64,000 bases of DNA from Auanema rhodensis (lineage: Eukaryota; Animalia; Nematoda). This document shows, in pieces, positions 39,901 to 55,959 of the stretch (the stretch's first letter is position 1; each line of letters starts with the position of its first letter). A program made the position numbers and the translations under genes. The notes under the pieces were generated by a model that saw only the letters and a program-made list of their open reading frames with translations, was not told the origin of the DNA and ran no database searches. Location of the stretch: positions 1-64,000 of the forward strand of contig OZ059899.1 in the NCBI GenBank assembly GCA_964057225.1, in the 5' to 3' direction.

Positions 39901-42900
39901 ATATGGACATGGGGAATCTAATTTTGAAAACCGCATCTCTTTATCTTTCACGTGAAGCGAGTTACATACCAAGTACACATCACGTGTACATTTAATTAGC
40001 ATAAATTAAAGTTCACGTAAATTTCAAAGTCATGGTTACCATGCACCACTATCAATAAAAATTTGTTTTTAGACTAATATGGACATGGGGAATCTAATTT
40101 TGAAAACCGCATCTCTTTATCTTTCACGTGAAGCGAGTTACATACCAAGTGCACATCACGTGTACATTTAATTAGCATAAATTAAAGTTCACGTAAATTT
40201 CAAAGTCATGGTTACCATGAACCAATATCAATAAAAATTTGTTTTTAGACTAATATGGACATGGGGAATCTAATTTTGAAAACCGCATCTCTTTATCTTT
40301 TACGTGAAGCGAGTTACATAACAAGTGCACATCACGTGTACATTTAATTAGCATAAATTAAAGTTCACGTAAATTTCAAAGTCATGGTTACCATGAACCA
40401 ATATCAATAAAAATTTGTTTTTAGACTAATATGGACATGGGGAATCTAATTTTGAAAACCGCATCTCTTTATCTTTCACGTGAAGCGAGTTACATACCAA
40501 GTGCACATCACGTGTACATTTAATTAGCATAAATTAAAGTTCACGTAAATTTCAAAGTCATGGTTACCATGAACCAATATCAATAAAAATTTGTTTTTAG
40601 ACTAATATGGACATGGGGAATCTAATTTTGGAAACCGCATCTCTTTATCTTTCACGTGAAGCGAGTTACATACCAAGTGCACATCACGTGTACATTTAAT
40701 TAGCATAAATTAAAGTTCACGTAAATTTCAAAGTCATGGTTACCATGAAGCAATATCAATAAAAATTTGTTTTTAGACTAATATGGACATGGGGAATCTA
40801 ATTTTGAAAACCGCATCTCTTTATCTTTCACGTGAAGCGAGTTACATACCAAGTGCACATCACGTGTACATTTAATTAGCATAAATTAAAGTTCACGTAA
40901 AATTCAAAGTCATGGTTACCATGCACCAATATCAATAAAAATTTGTTTTTAGACTAATATGGACATGGGGAATCTAATTTTGAAAACCGCATCTCTTTAT
41001 CTTTCACGTGAAGCGAGTTACATACCAAGTGCACATCACGTGTACATTTAATTAGCATAAATTAAAGTTCACGTAAATTTCAAAGTCATGGTTACCATGA
41101 ACCAATATCAATAAAAATTTGTTTTTAGACTAATATGGACATGGGAAATCTAATTTTAAAAACCGCATCTCTTTATCTTTCACGTGAAGCGAGTTACATA
41201 CCAAGTGCACATCACGTGTACATTTAATTAGCATAAATTAAAGTTCACGTAAAATTCAAAGTCATGGTTACCATGCACCAATATCAATAAAAATTTGTTT
41301 TTAGACTAATATGGACATGGGGAATCTAATTTTGAAAACCGCATCTCTTTATCTTTCATGTGAAGCGAGTTACATACCAAGTGCACATCACGTGTACATT
41401 TAATTAGCATAAATTAAAGTTCACGTAAAATTCAAAGTCATGGTTACCATGCACCAATATCAATAAAAATTTGTTTTTAGACTAATATGGACATGGGGAA
41501 TCTAATTTTGAAAACCGCATCTCTTTATCTTTCATGTGAAGCGAGTTACATACCAAGTGCACATCACGTGTACATTTAATTAGCATAAATTAAAGTTCAC
41601 GTAAATTTCAAAGTCATGGTTACCATGCACCAATATCAATAAAAATTTGTTTTTAGACTAATATGGACATGGGGAATCTAATTTTGAAAACCGCATCTCT
41701 TTATCTTTCACGTGAAGCGAGTTACATACCAAGTGCACATCACGTGTACATTTAATTAGCATAAATTAAAGTTCACGTAAATTTCAAAGTCATGGTTACC
41801 ATGAACCAATATCAATAAAAATTTGTTTTTAGACTAATATGGACATGGGAAATCTAATTTTAAAAACCGCATCTCTTTATCTTTCACGTGAAGCGAGTTA
41901 CATACCAAGTGCACATCACGTGTACATTTAATTAGCATAAATTAAAGTTCACGTAAAATTCAAAGTCATGGTTACCATGCACCAATATCAATAAAAATTT
42001 GTTTTTAGACTAATATGGACATGGGGAATCTAATTTTGAAAACCGCATCTCTTTATCTTTCACGTGAAGCGAGTTACATACCAAGTGCACATCACGTGTA
42101 CATTTAATTAGCATAAATTAAAGTTCACGTAAATTTCAAAGTCATGGTTACCATGAACCAATATCAATAAAAATTTGTTTTTAGACTAATATGGACATGG
42201 GGAATCTAATTTTGAAAACCGCATCTCTTTATCTTTCACGTGAAGCGAGTTACATACCAAGTGCACATCACGTGTACATTTAATTAGCATAAATTAAAGT
42301 TCACGTAAATTTCAAAGTCATGGTTACCATGCACCAATATCAATAAAAATTTGTTTTTAGACTAATATGGACATGGGGAATCTAATTTTGAAAACCGCAT
42401 CTCTTTATCTTTCACGTGAAGCGAGTTACATACCAAGTGCACATCACGTGTACATTTAATTAGCATAAATTAAAGTTCACGTAAATTTCAAAGTCATGGT
42501 TACCATGAACCAATATCAATAAAAATTTGTTTTTAGACTAATATGGACATGGGGAATCTAATTTTGAAAACCGCATCTCTTTATCTTTCACGTGAAGCGA
42601 GTTACACACCAAGTGCACATCACGTGTACATTTAATTAGCATAAATTAAAGTTCACGTAAATTTCAAAGTCATGGTTACCATGAACCAATATCAATAAAA
42701 ATTTGTTTTTAGACTAATATGGACATGGGGAATCTAATTTTGAAAACCGCATCTCTTTATCTTTCACGTGAAGCGAGTTACATACCAAGTGCACATCACG
42801 TGTACATTTAATTAGCATAAATTAAAGTTCACGTAAATTTCAAAGTCATGGTTACCATGAAGCAATATCAATAAAAATTTGTTTTTAGACTAATATGGAC

Positions 42901-44871
42901 ATGGGGAATCTAATTTTGAAAACCGCATCTCTTTATCTTTCACGTGAAGCGAGTTACATACCAAGTGCACATCACGTGTACATTTAATTAGCATAAATTA
43001 AAGTTCACGTAAAATTCAAAGTCATGGTTACCATGCACCAATATCAATAAGAATTGGTTTTTAGACTAATATGGACATGGGGAATCTAATTTTGAAAACC
43101 GCATCTCTTTATCTTTCACGTGAAGCGAGTTACATACCAAGTGCACATCACGTGTACATTTAATTAGCATAAATTAAAGTTCACGTAAATTTCAAAGTCA
43201 TGGTTACCATGCACCAATATCAATAAAAATTTGTTTTTAGACTAATATGGACATGGGGAATCTAATTTTGAAAACCGCATCTCTTTATCTTTCACGTGAA
43301 GCGAGTTACATACCAAGTGCACATCACGTGTACATTTAATTAGCATAAATTAAAGTTCACGTAAATTTCAAAGTCATGGTTACCATGCACCAATATCAAT
43401 AAAAATTTGTTTTTAGACTAATATGGACATGGGGAATCTAATTTTGAAAACCGCATCTCTTTATCTTTCACGTGAAGCGAGTTACATACCAAGTGCACAT
43501 CACGTGTACATTTAATTAGCATAAATTAAAGTTCACGTAAATTTCAAAGTCATGGTTACCATGAACCAATATCAATAAAAATTTGTTTTTAGACTAATAT
43601 GGACATGGGAAATCTAATTTTAAAAACCGCATCTCTTTATCTTTCACGTGAAGCGAGTTACATACCAAGTGCACATCACGTGTACATTTAATTAGCATAA
43701 ATTAAAGTTCACGTAAAATTCAAAGTCATGGTTACCATGCACCAATATCAATAAAAATTTGTTTTTAGACTAATATGGACATGGGGAATCTAATTTTGAA
43801 AACCGCATCTCTTTATCTTTCATGTGAAGCGAGTTACATACCAAGTGCACATCACGTGTACATTTAATTAGCATAAATTAAAGTTCACGTAAATTTCAAA
43901 GTCATGGTTACCATGCACCAATATCAATAAAAATTTGTTTTTAGACTAATATGGACATGGGGAATCTAATTTTGAAAACCGCATCTCTTTATCTTTCACG
44001 TGAAGCGAGTTACATACCAAGTGCACATCACGTGTACATTTAATTAGCATAAATTAAAGTTCACGTAAATTTCAAAGTCATGGTTACCATGAACCAATAT
44101 CAATAAAAATTTGTTTTTAGACTAATATGGACATGGGAAATCTAATTTTAAAAACCGCATCTCTTTATCTTTCACGTGAAGCGAATTACATACCAAGTGC
44201 ACATCACGTGTACATTTAATTAGCATAAATTAAAGTTCACGTAAAATTCAAAGTCATGGTTACCATGCACCAATATCAATAAAAATTTGTTTTTAGACTA
44301 ATATGGACATGGGGAATCTAATTTTGAAAACCGCATCTCTTTATCTTTCATGTGAAGCGAGTTACATACCAAGTGCACATCACGTGTACATTTAATTAGC
44401 ATAAATTAAAGTTCACTTAAATTTCAAAGTCATGGTTACCATGCACCAATATCAATAAAAATTTGTTTTCAGACTAATATGGACATGGGGAATCTAATTT
44501 TGAAAACCACATCTCTTTATCTTTCACGTGAAGCGAGTTACATACCAAGTGCACATCACGTGTACATTTAATTAGCATAAATTAAAGTTCACGTAAATTT
44601 CAAAGTCATGGTTACCATGCACCAATATCAATAAAAATTTGTTTTTAGACTAATATCGACATGGGGAATCTAATTTTGAAAACCGCATCTCTTTATCTTT
44701 CACGTGAAGCGAGTTACATACCAAGTGCACATCACGTGTACATTTAATTAGCATAAACTAAAGTTCACGTAAATTTCAAAGTCATGGTTACCATGAACCA
44801 ATATCAATAAAAATTTGTTTTTAGACTAATATGGACATGGGGAATCTAATTTTGAAAACCGCATCTCTTTA

Positions 44872-47800
44872 TCTTTCACGTGAAGCGAGTTACATACCAA
44901 GTGCACATCACGTGTACATTTAATTAGCATAAATTAAAGTTCACGTAAATTTCAAAGTCATGGTTACCATGCACCAATATCAATAAAAATTTGTTTTTAG
45001 ACTAATATGGACATGGGGAATCTAATTTTGAAAACCGCATCTCTTTATCTTTCATGTGAAGCGAGTTACATACCAAGTGCACATCACGTGTACATTTAAT
45101 TAGCATAAATTAAAGTTCACGTAAATTTCAAAGTCATGGTTACCATGCACCAATATCAATAAAAATTTGTTTTCAGACTAATATGGACATGGGGAATCTA
45201 ATTTTGAAAACCGCATCTCTTTATCTTTCACGTGAAGCGAGTTACATACCAAGTGCACATCACGTGTACATTTAATTAGCATAAATTAAAGTTCACGTAA
45301 ATTTCAAAGTCATGGTTACCATGCACCAATATCAATTAAAATTTGTTTTTAGACTAATATCGACATGGGGAATCTAATTTTGAAAACCGCATCTCTTTAT
45401 CTTTCACGTGAAGCGAGTTACATACCAAGTGCACATCACGTGTACATTTAATTAGCATAAACTAAAGTTCACGTAAATTTCAAAGTCATGGTTACCATGA
45501 ACCAATATCAATAAAAATTTGTTTTTAGACTAATATGGACATGGGGAATCTAATTTTGAAAACCGCATCTCTTTATCTTTCACGTGAAGCGAGTTACATA
45601 CCAAGTGCACATCACGTGTACATTTAATTAGCATAAATTAAAGTTCACGTAAATTTCAAAGTCATGGTTACCATGAAGCAATATCAATAAAAATTTGTTT
45701 TTAGACTAATATGGACATGGGGAATCTAATTTTGAAAACCGCATCTCTTTATCTTTCACGTGAAGCGAGTTACATACCAAGTGCACATCACGTGTACATT
45801 TAATTAGCATAAATTAAAGTTCACGTAAAATTCAAAGTCATGGTTACCATGCACCAATATCAATAAAAATTTGTTTTTAGACTAATATGGACATGGGGAA
45901 TCTAATTTTGAAAACCGCATCTCTTTATCTTTTACGTGAAGCGAGTTACATACCAAGTGCACATCACGTGTACATTTAATTAGCATAAATTAAAGTTCAC
46001 GTAAATTTCAAAGTCATGGTTACCATGCACCAATATCAATAAAAATTTGTTTTTAGACTAATATGGACATGGGGAATCTAATTTTGAAAACCGCATCTCT
46101 TTATCTTTTACGTGAAGCGAGTTACATACCAAGTGCACATCACGTGTACATTTAATTAGCATAAATTAAAGTTCACGTAAAATTCAAAGTCATGGTTACC
46201 ATGCACCAATATCAATAAAAATTTGTTTTTAGACTAATATGGACATGGGGAATCTAATTTTGAAAACCGCATCTCTTTATCTTTTACGTGAAGCGAGTTA
46301 CATACCAAGTGCACATCACGTGTACATTTAATTAGCATAAATTAAAGTTCACGTAAATTTCAAAGTCATGGTTACCATGAACCAATATCAATAAAAATTT
46401 GTTTTTAGACTAATATGGACATGGGGAATCTGATTTTGAAAACCGCATCTCTTTATCTTTCAAGTGAAGCGAGTTACATACCAAGTGCACATCACGTGTA
46501 CATTTAATTAGCATAAATTAAAGTTCACGTAAAATTCAAAGTCATGGTTACCATGCACCAATATCAATAAAAATTTGTTTTTAGACTAATATGGACATGG
46601 GGAATCTAATTTTGAAAACCGCATCTCTTTATCTTTTACGTGAAGCGAGTTACATACCAAGTGCACATCACGTGTACATTTTATTAGCATAAATTAAAGT
46701 TCACGTAAATTTCAAAGTCATGGTTACCATGAACCAATATCAATAAAAATTTGTTTTTAGACTAATATGGACATGGGGAATCTAATTTTGAAAACCGCAT
46801 CTCTTTATCTTTCATGTGAAGCGAGTTACATACCAAGTGCACATCACGTGTACATTTAATTAGCATAAATTAAAGTTCACGTAAATTTCAAAGTCATGGT
46901 TACCATGCACCAATATCAATAAAAATTTGTTTTTAGACTAATATGGACATGGGGAATCTAATTTTGAAAACCGCATCTCTTTATCTTTTACGTGAAGCGA
47001 GTTACATACCAAGTGCACATCACGTGTACATTTAATTAGCATAAATTAAAGTTCACGTAAAATTCAAAGTCATGGTTACCATGCACCAATATCAATAAAA
47101 ATTTGTTTTTAGACTAATATGGACATGGGGAATCTAATTTTGAAAACCGCATCTCTTTATCTTTCACGTGAAGCGAGTTACATACCAAGTGCACATCACG
47201 TGTACATTTAATTAGCATAAATTAAAGTTCACGTAAATTTCAAAGTCATGGTTACCATGCACCAATATCAATAAAAATTTGTTTTTAGACTAATATGGAC
47301 ATGGGGAATCTAATTTTGAAAACCGCATCTCTTTATCTTTCATGTGAAGCGAGTTACATACCAAGTGCACATCACGTGTACATTTAATTAGCATAAATTA
47401 AAGTTCACGTAAATTTCAAAGTCATGGTTACCATGCACCAATATCAATAAAAATTTGTTTTCAGACTAATATGGACATGGGGAATCTAATTTTGAAAACC
47501 GCATCTCTTTATCTTTCACGTGAAGCGAGTTACATACCAAGTGCACATCACGTGTACATTTAATTAGCATAAATTAAAGTTCACGTAAATTTCAAAGTCA
47601 TGGTTACCATGCACCAATATCAATTAAAATTTGTTTTTAGACTAATATCGACATGGGGAATCTAATTTTGAAAACCGCATCTCTTTATCTTTCACGTGAA
47701 GCGAGTTACATAACAAGTGCACATCACGTGTACATTTAATTAGCATAAACTAAAGTTCACGTAAATTTCAAAGTCATGGTTACCATGAACCAATATCAAT

Positions 47801-48567
47801 AAAAATTTGTTTTTAGACTAATATGGACATGGGGAATCTAATTTTGAAAACCGCATCTCTTTATCTTTCACGTGAAGCGAGTTACATACCAAGTGCACAT
47901 CACGTGTACATTTAATTAGCATAAATTAAAGTTCACGTAAATTTCAAAGTCATGGTTACCATGAAGCAATATCAATAAAAATTTGTTTTTAGACTAATAT
48001 GGACATGGGGAATCTAATTTTGAAAACCGCATCTCTTTATCTTTCACGTGAAGCGAGTTACATACCAAGTGCACATCACGTGTACATTTAATTAGCATAA
48101 ATTAAAGTTCACGTAAAATTCAAAGTCATGGTTACCATGCACCAATATCAATAAAAATTTGTTTTTAGACTAATATGGACATGGGGAATCTAATTTTGAA
48201 AACCGCATCTCTTTATCTTTTACGTGAAGCGAGTTACATACCAAGTGCACATCACGTGTACATTTAATTAGCATAAATTAAAGTTCACGTAAATTTCAAA
48301 GTCATGGTTACCATGCACCAATATCAATAAAAATTTGTTTTTAGACTAATATGGACATGGGGAATCTAATTTTGAAAACCGCATCTCTTTATCTTTTACG
48401 TGAAGCGAGTTACATACCAAGTGCACATCACGTGTACATTTAATTAGCATAAATTAAAGTTCACGTAAAATTCAAAGTCATGGTTACCATGCACCAATAT
48501 CAATAAAAATTTGTTTTTAGACTAATATGGACATGGGGAATCTAATTTTGAAAACCGCATCTCTTTA
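44872..48567 (+). repeat. Block duplication at 13-monomer (2288 bp) offset
   Basis: CATGTG 45055/47343, TTTTCAG 45174/47462, CAATTAAA 45337/47625, ATATCGAC 45361/47649. Confidence 0.82.
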
Positions 48568-50327
48568 TCTTTTACGTGAAGCGAGTTACATACCAAGTGC
48601 ACATCACGTGTACATTTTATTAGCATAAATTAAAGTTCACGTAAATTTCAAAGTCATGGTTACCATGAACCAATATCAATAAAAATTTGTTTTTAGACTA
48701 ATATGGACATGGGGAATCTAATTTTGAAAACCGCATCTCTTTATCTTTCACGTGAAGCGAGTTACATACCAAGTGCACATCACGTGTACATTTAATTAGC
48801 ATAAATTAAAGTTCACGTAAAATTCAAAGTCATGGTTACCATGCACCAATATCAATAAAAATTTGTTTTTAGACTAATATGGACATGGGGAATCTAATTT
48901 TGAAAACCGCATCTCTTTATCTTTCATGTGAAGCGAGTTACATACCAAGTGCACATCACGTGTACATTTAATTAGCATAAATTAAAGTTCACGTAAATTT
49001 CAAAGTCATGGTTACCATGCACCAATATCAATAAAAATTTGTTTTCAGACTAATATGGACATGGGGAATCTAATTTTGAAAACCGCATCTCTTTATCTTT
49101 CACGTGAAGCGAGTTACATACCAAGTGCACATCACGTGTACATTTAATTAGCATAAATTAAAGTTCACGTAAATTTCAAAGTCATGGTTACCATGCACCA
49201 ATATCAATAAAAATTTGTTTTTAGACTAATATGGACATGGGGAATCTAATTTTGAAAACCGCATCTCTTTATCTTTCACGTGAAGCGAGTTACATACCAA
49301 GTGCACATCACGTGTACATTTAATTAGCATAAATTAAAGTTCACGTAAATTTCAAAGTCATGGTTACCATGAACCAATATCAATAAAAATTTGTTTTTAG
49401 ACTAATATGGACATGGGGAATCTGATTTTGAAAACCGCATCTCTTCATCTTTCACGTGAAGCGAGTTACATACCAAGTGCACATCACGTGTACATTTAAT
49501 TAGCATAAACTAAAGTTCACGTAAATTTCAAAGTCATGGTTACCATGAACCAATATCAATAAAAATTTGTTTTCAGACTAATATGGACATGGGGAATCTA
49601 ATTTTGAAAACCGCATCTCTTTATCTTTCACGTGAAGCGAGTTACATACCAAGTGCACATCACGTGTACATTTAATTAGCATAAATTAAAGTTCACGTAA
49701 ATTTCAAAGTCATGGTTACCATGCACCAATATCAATTAAAATTTGTTTTTAGACTAATATCGACATGGGGAATCTAATTTTGAAAACCGCATCTCTTTAT
49801 CTTTCACGTGAAGCGAGTTACATACCAAGTGCACATCACGTGTACATTTAATTAGCATAAATTAAAGTTCACGTAAAATTCAAAGTCATGGTTACCATGC
49901 ACCAATATCAATAAAAATTTGTTTTTAGACTAATATGGACATGGGGAATCTAATTTTGAAAACCGCATCTCTTTATCTTTTACGTGAAGCGAGTTACATA
50001 CCAAGTGCACATCACGTGTACATTTAATTAGCATAAATTAAAGTTCACGTAAATTTCAAAGTCATGGTTACCATGCACCAATATCAATAAAAATTTGTTT
50101 TTAGACTAATATGGACATGGGGAATCTGATTTTGAAAACCGCATCTCTTCATCTTTCACGTGAAGCGAGTTACATACCAAGTGCACATCACGTGTACATT
50201 TAATTAGCATAAACTAAAGTTCACGTAAATTTCAAAGTCATGGTTACCATGAACCAATATCAATAAAAATTTGTTTTCAGACTAATATGGACATGGGGAA
50301 TCTAATTTTGAAAACCGCATCTCTTTA

Positions 50328-53300
50328 TCTTTCACGTGAAGCGAGTTACATACCAAGTGCACATCACGTGTACATTTAATTAGCATAAATTAAAGTTCAC
50401 GTAAAATTCAAAGTCATGGTTACCATGCACCAATATCAATAAAAATTTGTTTTTAGACTAATATGGACATGGGGAATCTGATTTTGAAAACCGCATCTCT
50501 TTATCTTTCAAGTGAAGCGAGTTACATACCAAGTGCACATCACGTGTACATTTAATTAGCATAAATTAAAGTTCACGTAAAATTCAAAGTCATGGTTACC
50601 ATGCACCAATATCAATAAAAATTTGTTTTTAGACTAATATGGACATGGGGAATCTAATTTTGAAAACCGCATCTCTTTATCTTTTACGTGAAGCGAGTTA
50701 CATACCAAGTGCACATCACGTGTACATTTAATTAGCATAAATTAAAGTTCACGTAAAATTCAAAGTCATGGTTACCATGCACCAATATCAATAAAAATTT
50801 GTTTTTAGACTAATATGGACATGGGGAATCTAATTTTGAAAACCGCATCTCTTTATCTTTTACGTGAAGCGAGTTACATACCAAGTGCACATCACGTGTA
50901 CATTTAATTAGCATAAATTAAAGTTCACGTAAAATTCAAAGTCATGGTTACCATGCACCAATATCAATAAAAATTTGTTTTTAGACTAATATGGACATGG
51001 AGAATCTAATTTTGAAAACCGCATCTCTTTATCTTTTACGTGAAGCGAGTTACATACCAAGTGCACATCACGTGTACATTTAATTAGCATAAATTAAAGT
51101 TCACGTAAAATTCAAAGTCATGGTTACCATGCACCAATATCAATAAAAATTTGTTTTTAGACTAATATGGACATGGGGAATCTAATTTTGAAAACCGCAT
51201 CTCTTTATCTTTTACGTGAAGCGAGTTACATACCAAGTGCACATCACGTGTACATTTAATTAGCATAAATTAAAGTTCACGTAAATTTCAAAGTCATGGT
51301 TACCATGAACCAATATCAATAAAAATTTGTTTTTAGACTAATATGGACATGGGGAATCTGATTTTGAAAACCGCATCTCTTTATCTTTCAAGTGAAGCGA
51401 GTTACATACCAAGTGCACATCACGTGTACATTTAATTAGCATAAATTAAAGTTCACGTAAAATTCAAAGTCATGGTTACCATGCACCAATATCAATAAAA
51501 ATTTGTTTTTAGACTAATATGGACATGGGGAATCTAATTTTGAAAACCGCATCTCTTTATCTTTTACGTGAAGCGAGTTACATACCAAGTGCACATCACG
51601 TGTACATTTAATTAGCATAAATTAAAGTTCACGTAAAATTCAAAGTCATGGTTACCATGCACCAATATCAATAAAAATTTGTTTTTAGACTAATATGGAC
51701 ATGGGGAATCTAATTTTGAAAACCGCATCTCTTTATCTTTCATGTGAAGCGAGTTACATACCAAGTGCACATCACGTGTACATTTAATTAGCATAAATTA
51801 AAGTTCACGTAAATTTCAAAGTCATGGTTACCATGAACCAATATCAATAAAAATTTGTTTTTAGACTAATATGGACATGGGGAATCTGATTTTGAAAACC
51901 GCATCTCTTCATCTTTCACGTGAAGCGAGTTACATACCAAGTGCACATCACGTGTACATTTAATTAGCATAAACTAAAGTTCACGTAAATTTCAAAGTCA
52001 TGGTTACCATGAACCAATATCAATAAAAATTTGTTTTCAGACTAATATGGACATGGGGAATCTAATTTTGAAAACCGCATCTCTTTATCTTTCACGTGAA
52101 GCGAGTTACATACCAAGTGCACATCACGTGTACATTTAATTAGCATAAATTAAAGTTCACGTAAATTTCAAAGTCATGGTTACCATGCACCAATATCAAT
52201 TAAAATTTGTTTTTAGACTAATATCGACATGGGGAATCTAATTTTGAAAACCGCATCTCTTTATCTTTCACGTGAAGCGAGTTACATACCAAGTGCACAT
52301 CACGTGTACATTTAATTAGCATAAATTAAAGTTCACGTAAAATTCAAAGTCATGGTTACCATGCACCAATATCAATAAAAATTTGTTTTTAGACTAATAT
52401 GGACATGGGGAATCTAATTTTGAAAACCGCATCTCTTTATCTTTTACGTGAAGCGAGTTACATACCAAGTGCACATCACGTGTACATTTAATTAGCATAA
52501 ATTAAAGTTCACGTAAATTTCAAAGTCATGGTTACCATGCACCAATATCAATAAAAATTTGTTTTTAGACTAATATGGACATGGGGAATCTAATTTTGAA
52601 AACCGCATCTCTTTATCTTTTACGTGAAGCGAGTTACATACCAAGTGCACATCACGTGTACATTTAATTAGCATAAATTAAAGTTCACGTAAAATTCAAA
52701 GTCATGGTTACCATGCACCAATATCAATAAAAATTTGTTTTTAGACTAATATGGACATGGGGAATCTAATTTTGAAAACCGCATCTCTTTATCTTTTACG
52801 TGAAGCGAGTTACATACCAAGTGCACATCACGTGTACATTTAATTAGCATAAATTAAAGTTCACGTAAAATTCAAAGTCATGGTTACCATGCACCAATAT
52901 CAATAAAAATTTGTTTTTAGACTAATATGGACATGGGGAATCTGATTTTGAAAACCGCATCTCTTTATCTTTCAAGTGAAGCGAGTTACATACCAAGTGC
53001 ACATCACGTGTACATTTAATTAGCATAAATTAAAGTTCACGTAAAATTCAAAGTCATGGTTACCATGCACCAATATCAATAAAAATTTGTTTTTAGACTA
53101 ATATGGACATGGGGAATCTAATTTTGAAAACCGCATCTCTTTATCTTTTACGTGAAGCGAGTTACATACCAAGTGCACATCACGTGTACATTTAATTAGC
53201 ATAAATTAAAGTTCACGTAAAATTCAAAGTCATGGTTACCATGCACCAATATCAATAAAAATTTGTTTTTAGACTAATATGGACATGGGGAATCTAATTT

Positions 53301-54295
53301 TGAAAACCGCATCTCTTTATCTTTTACGTGAAGCGAGTTACATACCAAGTGCACATCACGTGTACATTTAATTAGCATAAATTAAAGTTCACGTAAAATT
53401 CAAAGTCATGGTTACCATGCACCAATATCAATAAAAATTTGTTTTTAGACTAATATGGACATGGAGAATCTAATTTTGAAAACCGCATCTCTTTATCTTT
53501 TACGTGAAGCGAGTTACATACCAAGTGCACATCACGTGTACATTTAATTAGCATAAATTAAAGTTCACGTAAAATTCAAAGTCATGGTTACCATGCACCA
53601 ATATCAATAAAAATTTGTTTTTAGACTAATATGGACATGGGGAATCTAATTTTGAAAACCGCATCTCTTTATCTTTTACGTGAAGCGAGTTACATACCAA
53701 GTGCACATCACGTGTACATTTAATTAGCATAAATTAAAGTTCACGTAAATTTCAAAGTCATGGTTACCATGAACCAATATCAATAAAAATTTGTTTTTAG
53801 ACTAATATGGACATGGGGAATCTGATTTTGAAAACCGCATCTCTTTATCTTTCAAGTGAAGCGAGTTACATACCAAGTGCACATCACGTGTACATTTAAT
53901 TAGCATAAATTAAAGTTCACGTAAAATTCAAAGTCATGGTTACCATGCACCAATATCAATAAAAATTTGTTTTTAGACTAATATGGACATGGGGAATCTA
54001 ATTTTGAAAACCGCATCTCTTTATCTTTTACGTGAAGCGAGTTACATACCAAGTGCACATCACGTGTACATTTAATTAGCATAAATTAAAGTTCACGTAA
54101 AATTCAAAGTCATGGTTACCATGCACCAATATCAATAAAAATTTGTTTTTAGACTAATATGGACATGGGGAATCTAATTTTGAAAACCGCATCTCTTTAT
54201 CTTTCATGTGAAGCGAGTTACATACCAAGTGCACATCACGTGTACATTTAATTAGCATAAATTAAAGTTCACGTAAATTTCAAAGTCATGGTTAC
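50328..54295 (+). repeat. Block duplication at 14-monomer (2464 bp) offset
   Basis: TTCAAGTG 50511/52975 and 51391/53855; GGAGAATC 51001/53465; CATGTG 51743/54207. Confidence 0.85.
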
Positions 54296-55959
54296 CATGC
54301 ACCAATATCAATAAAAATTTGTTTTCAGACTAATATGGACATGGGGAATCTAATTTTGAAAACCGCATCTCTTTATCTTTCACGTGAAGCGAGTTACATA
54401 CCAAGTGCACATCACGTGTACATTTAATTAGCATAAATTAAAGTTCACGTAAATTTCAAAGTCATGGTTACCATGCACCAATATCAATAAAAATTTGTTT
54501 TTAGACTAATATGGACATGGGGAATCTAATTTTGAAAACCGCATCTCTTTATCTTTCACGTGAAGCGAGTTACATACCAAGTGCACATCACGTGTACATT
54601 TAATTAGCATAAATTAAAGTTCACGTAAATTTCAAAGTCATGGTTACCATGAACCAATATCAATAAAAATTTGTTTTTAGACTAATATGGACATGGGGAA
54701 TCTGATTTTGAAAACCGCATCTCTTCATCTTTCACGTGAAGCGAGTTACATACCAAGTGCACATCACGTGTACATTTAATTAGCATAAACTAAAGTTCAC
54801 GTAAATTTCAAAGTCATGGTTACCATGAACCAATATCAATAAAAATTTGTTTTTAGACTAATATGGACATGGGGAATCTAATTTTGAAAACCGCATCTCT
54901 TTATCTTTCACGTGAAGCGAGTTACATACCAAGTGCACATCACGTGTACATTTAATTAGCATAAACTAAAGTTCACGTAAAATTCAAAGTCATGGTTACC
55001 ATGCACCAATATCAATAAAAATTTGTTTTTAGACTAATATGGACATGGGGAATCTAATTTTGAAAACCGCATCTCTTTATCTTTCATGTGAAGCGAGTTA
55101 CATACCAAGTGCACATCACGTGTACATTTAATTAGCATAAATTAAAGTTCACGTAAATTTCAAAGTCATGGTTACCATGCACCAATATCAATAAAAATTT
55201 GTTTTCAGACTAATATGGACATGGGGAATCTAATTTTGAAAACCGCATCTCTTTATCTTTCACGTGAAGCGAGTTACATACCAAGTGCACATCACGTGTA
55301 CATTTAATTAGCATAAATTAAAGTTCACGTAAAATTCAAAGTCATGGTTACCATGCACCAATATCAATAAAAATTTGTTTTTAGACTAATATGGACATGG
55401 GGAATCTAATTTTGAAAACCGCATCTCTTTATCTTTTACGTGAAGCGAGTTACATACCAAGTGCACATCACGTGTACATTTAATTAGCATAAATTAAAGT
55501 TCACGTAAATTTCAAAGTCATGGTTACCATGAACCAATATCAATAAAAATTTGTTTTTAGACTAATATGGACATGGGGAATCTGATTTTGAAAACCGCAT
55601 CTCTTTATCTTTCAAGTGAAGCGAGTTACATACCAAGTGCACATCACGTGTACATTTAATTAGCATAAATTAAAGTTCACGTAAAATTCAAAGTCATGGT
55701 TACCATGCACCAATATCAATAAAAATTTGTTTTTAGACTAATATGGACATGGGGAATCTAATTTTGAAAACCGCATCTCTTTATCTTTTACGTGAAGCGA
55801 GTTACATACCAAGTGCACATCACGTGTACATTTTATTAGCATAAATTAAAGTTCACGTAAATTTCAAAGTCATGGTTACCATGAACCAATATCAATAAAA
55901 ATTTGTTTTTAGACTAATATGGACATGGGGAATCTAATTTTGAAAACCGCATCTCTTTA

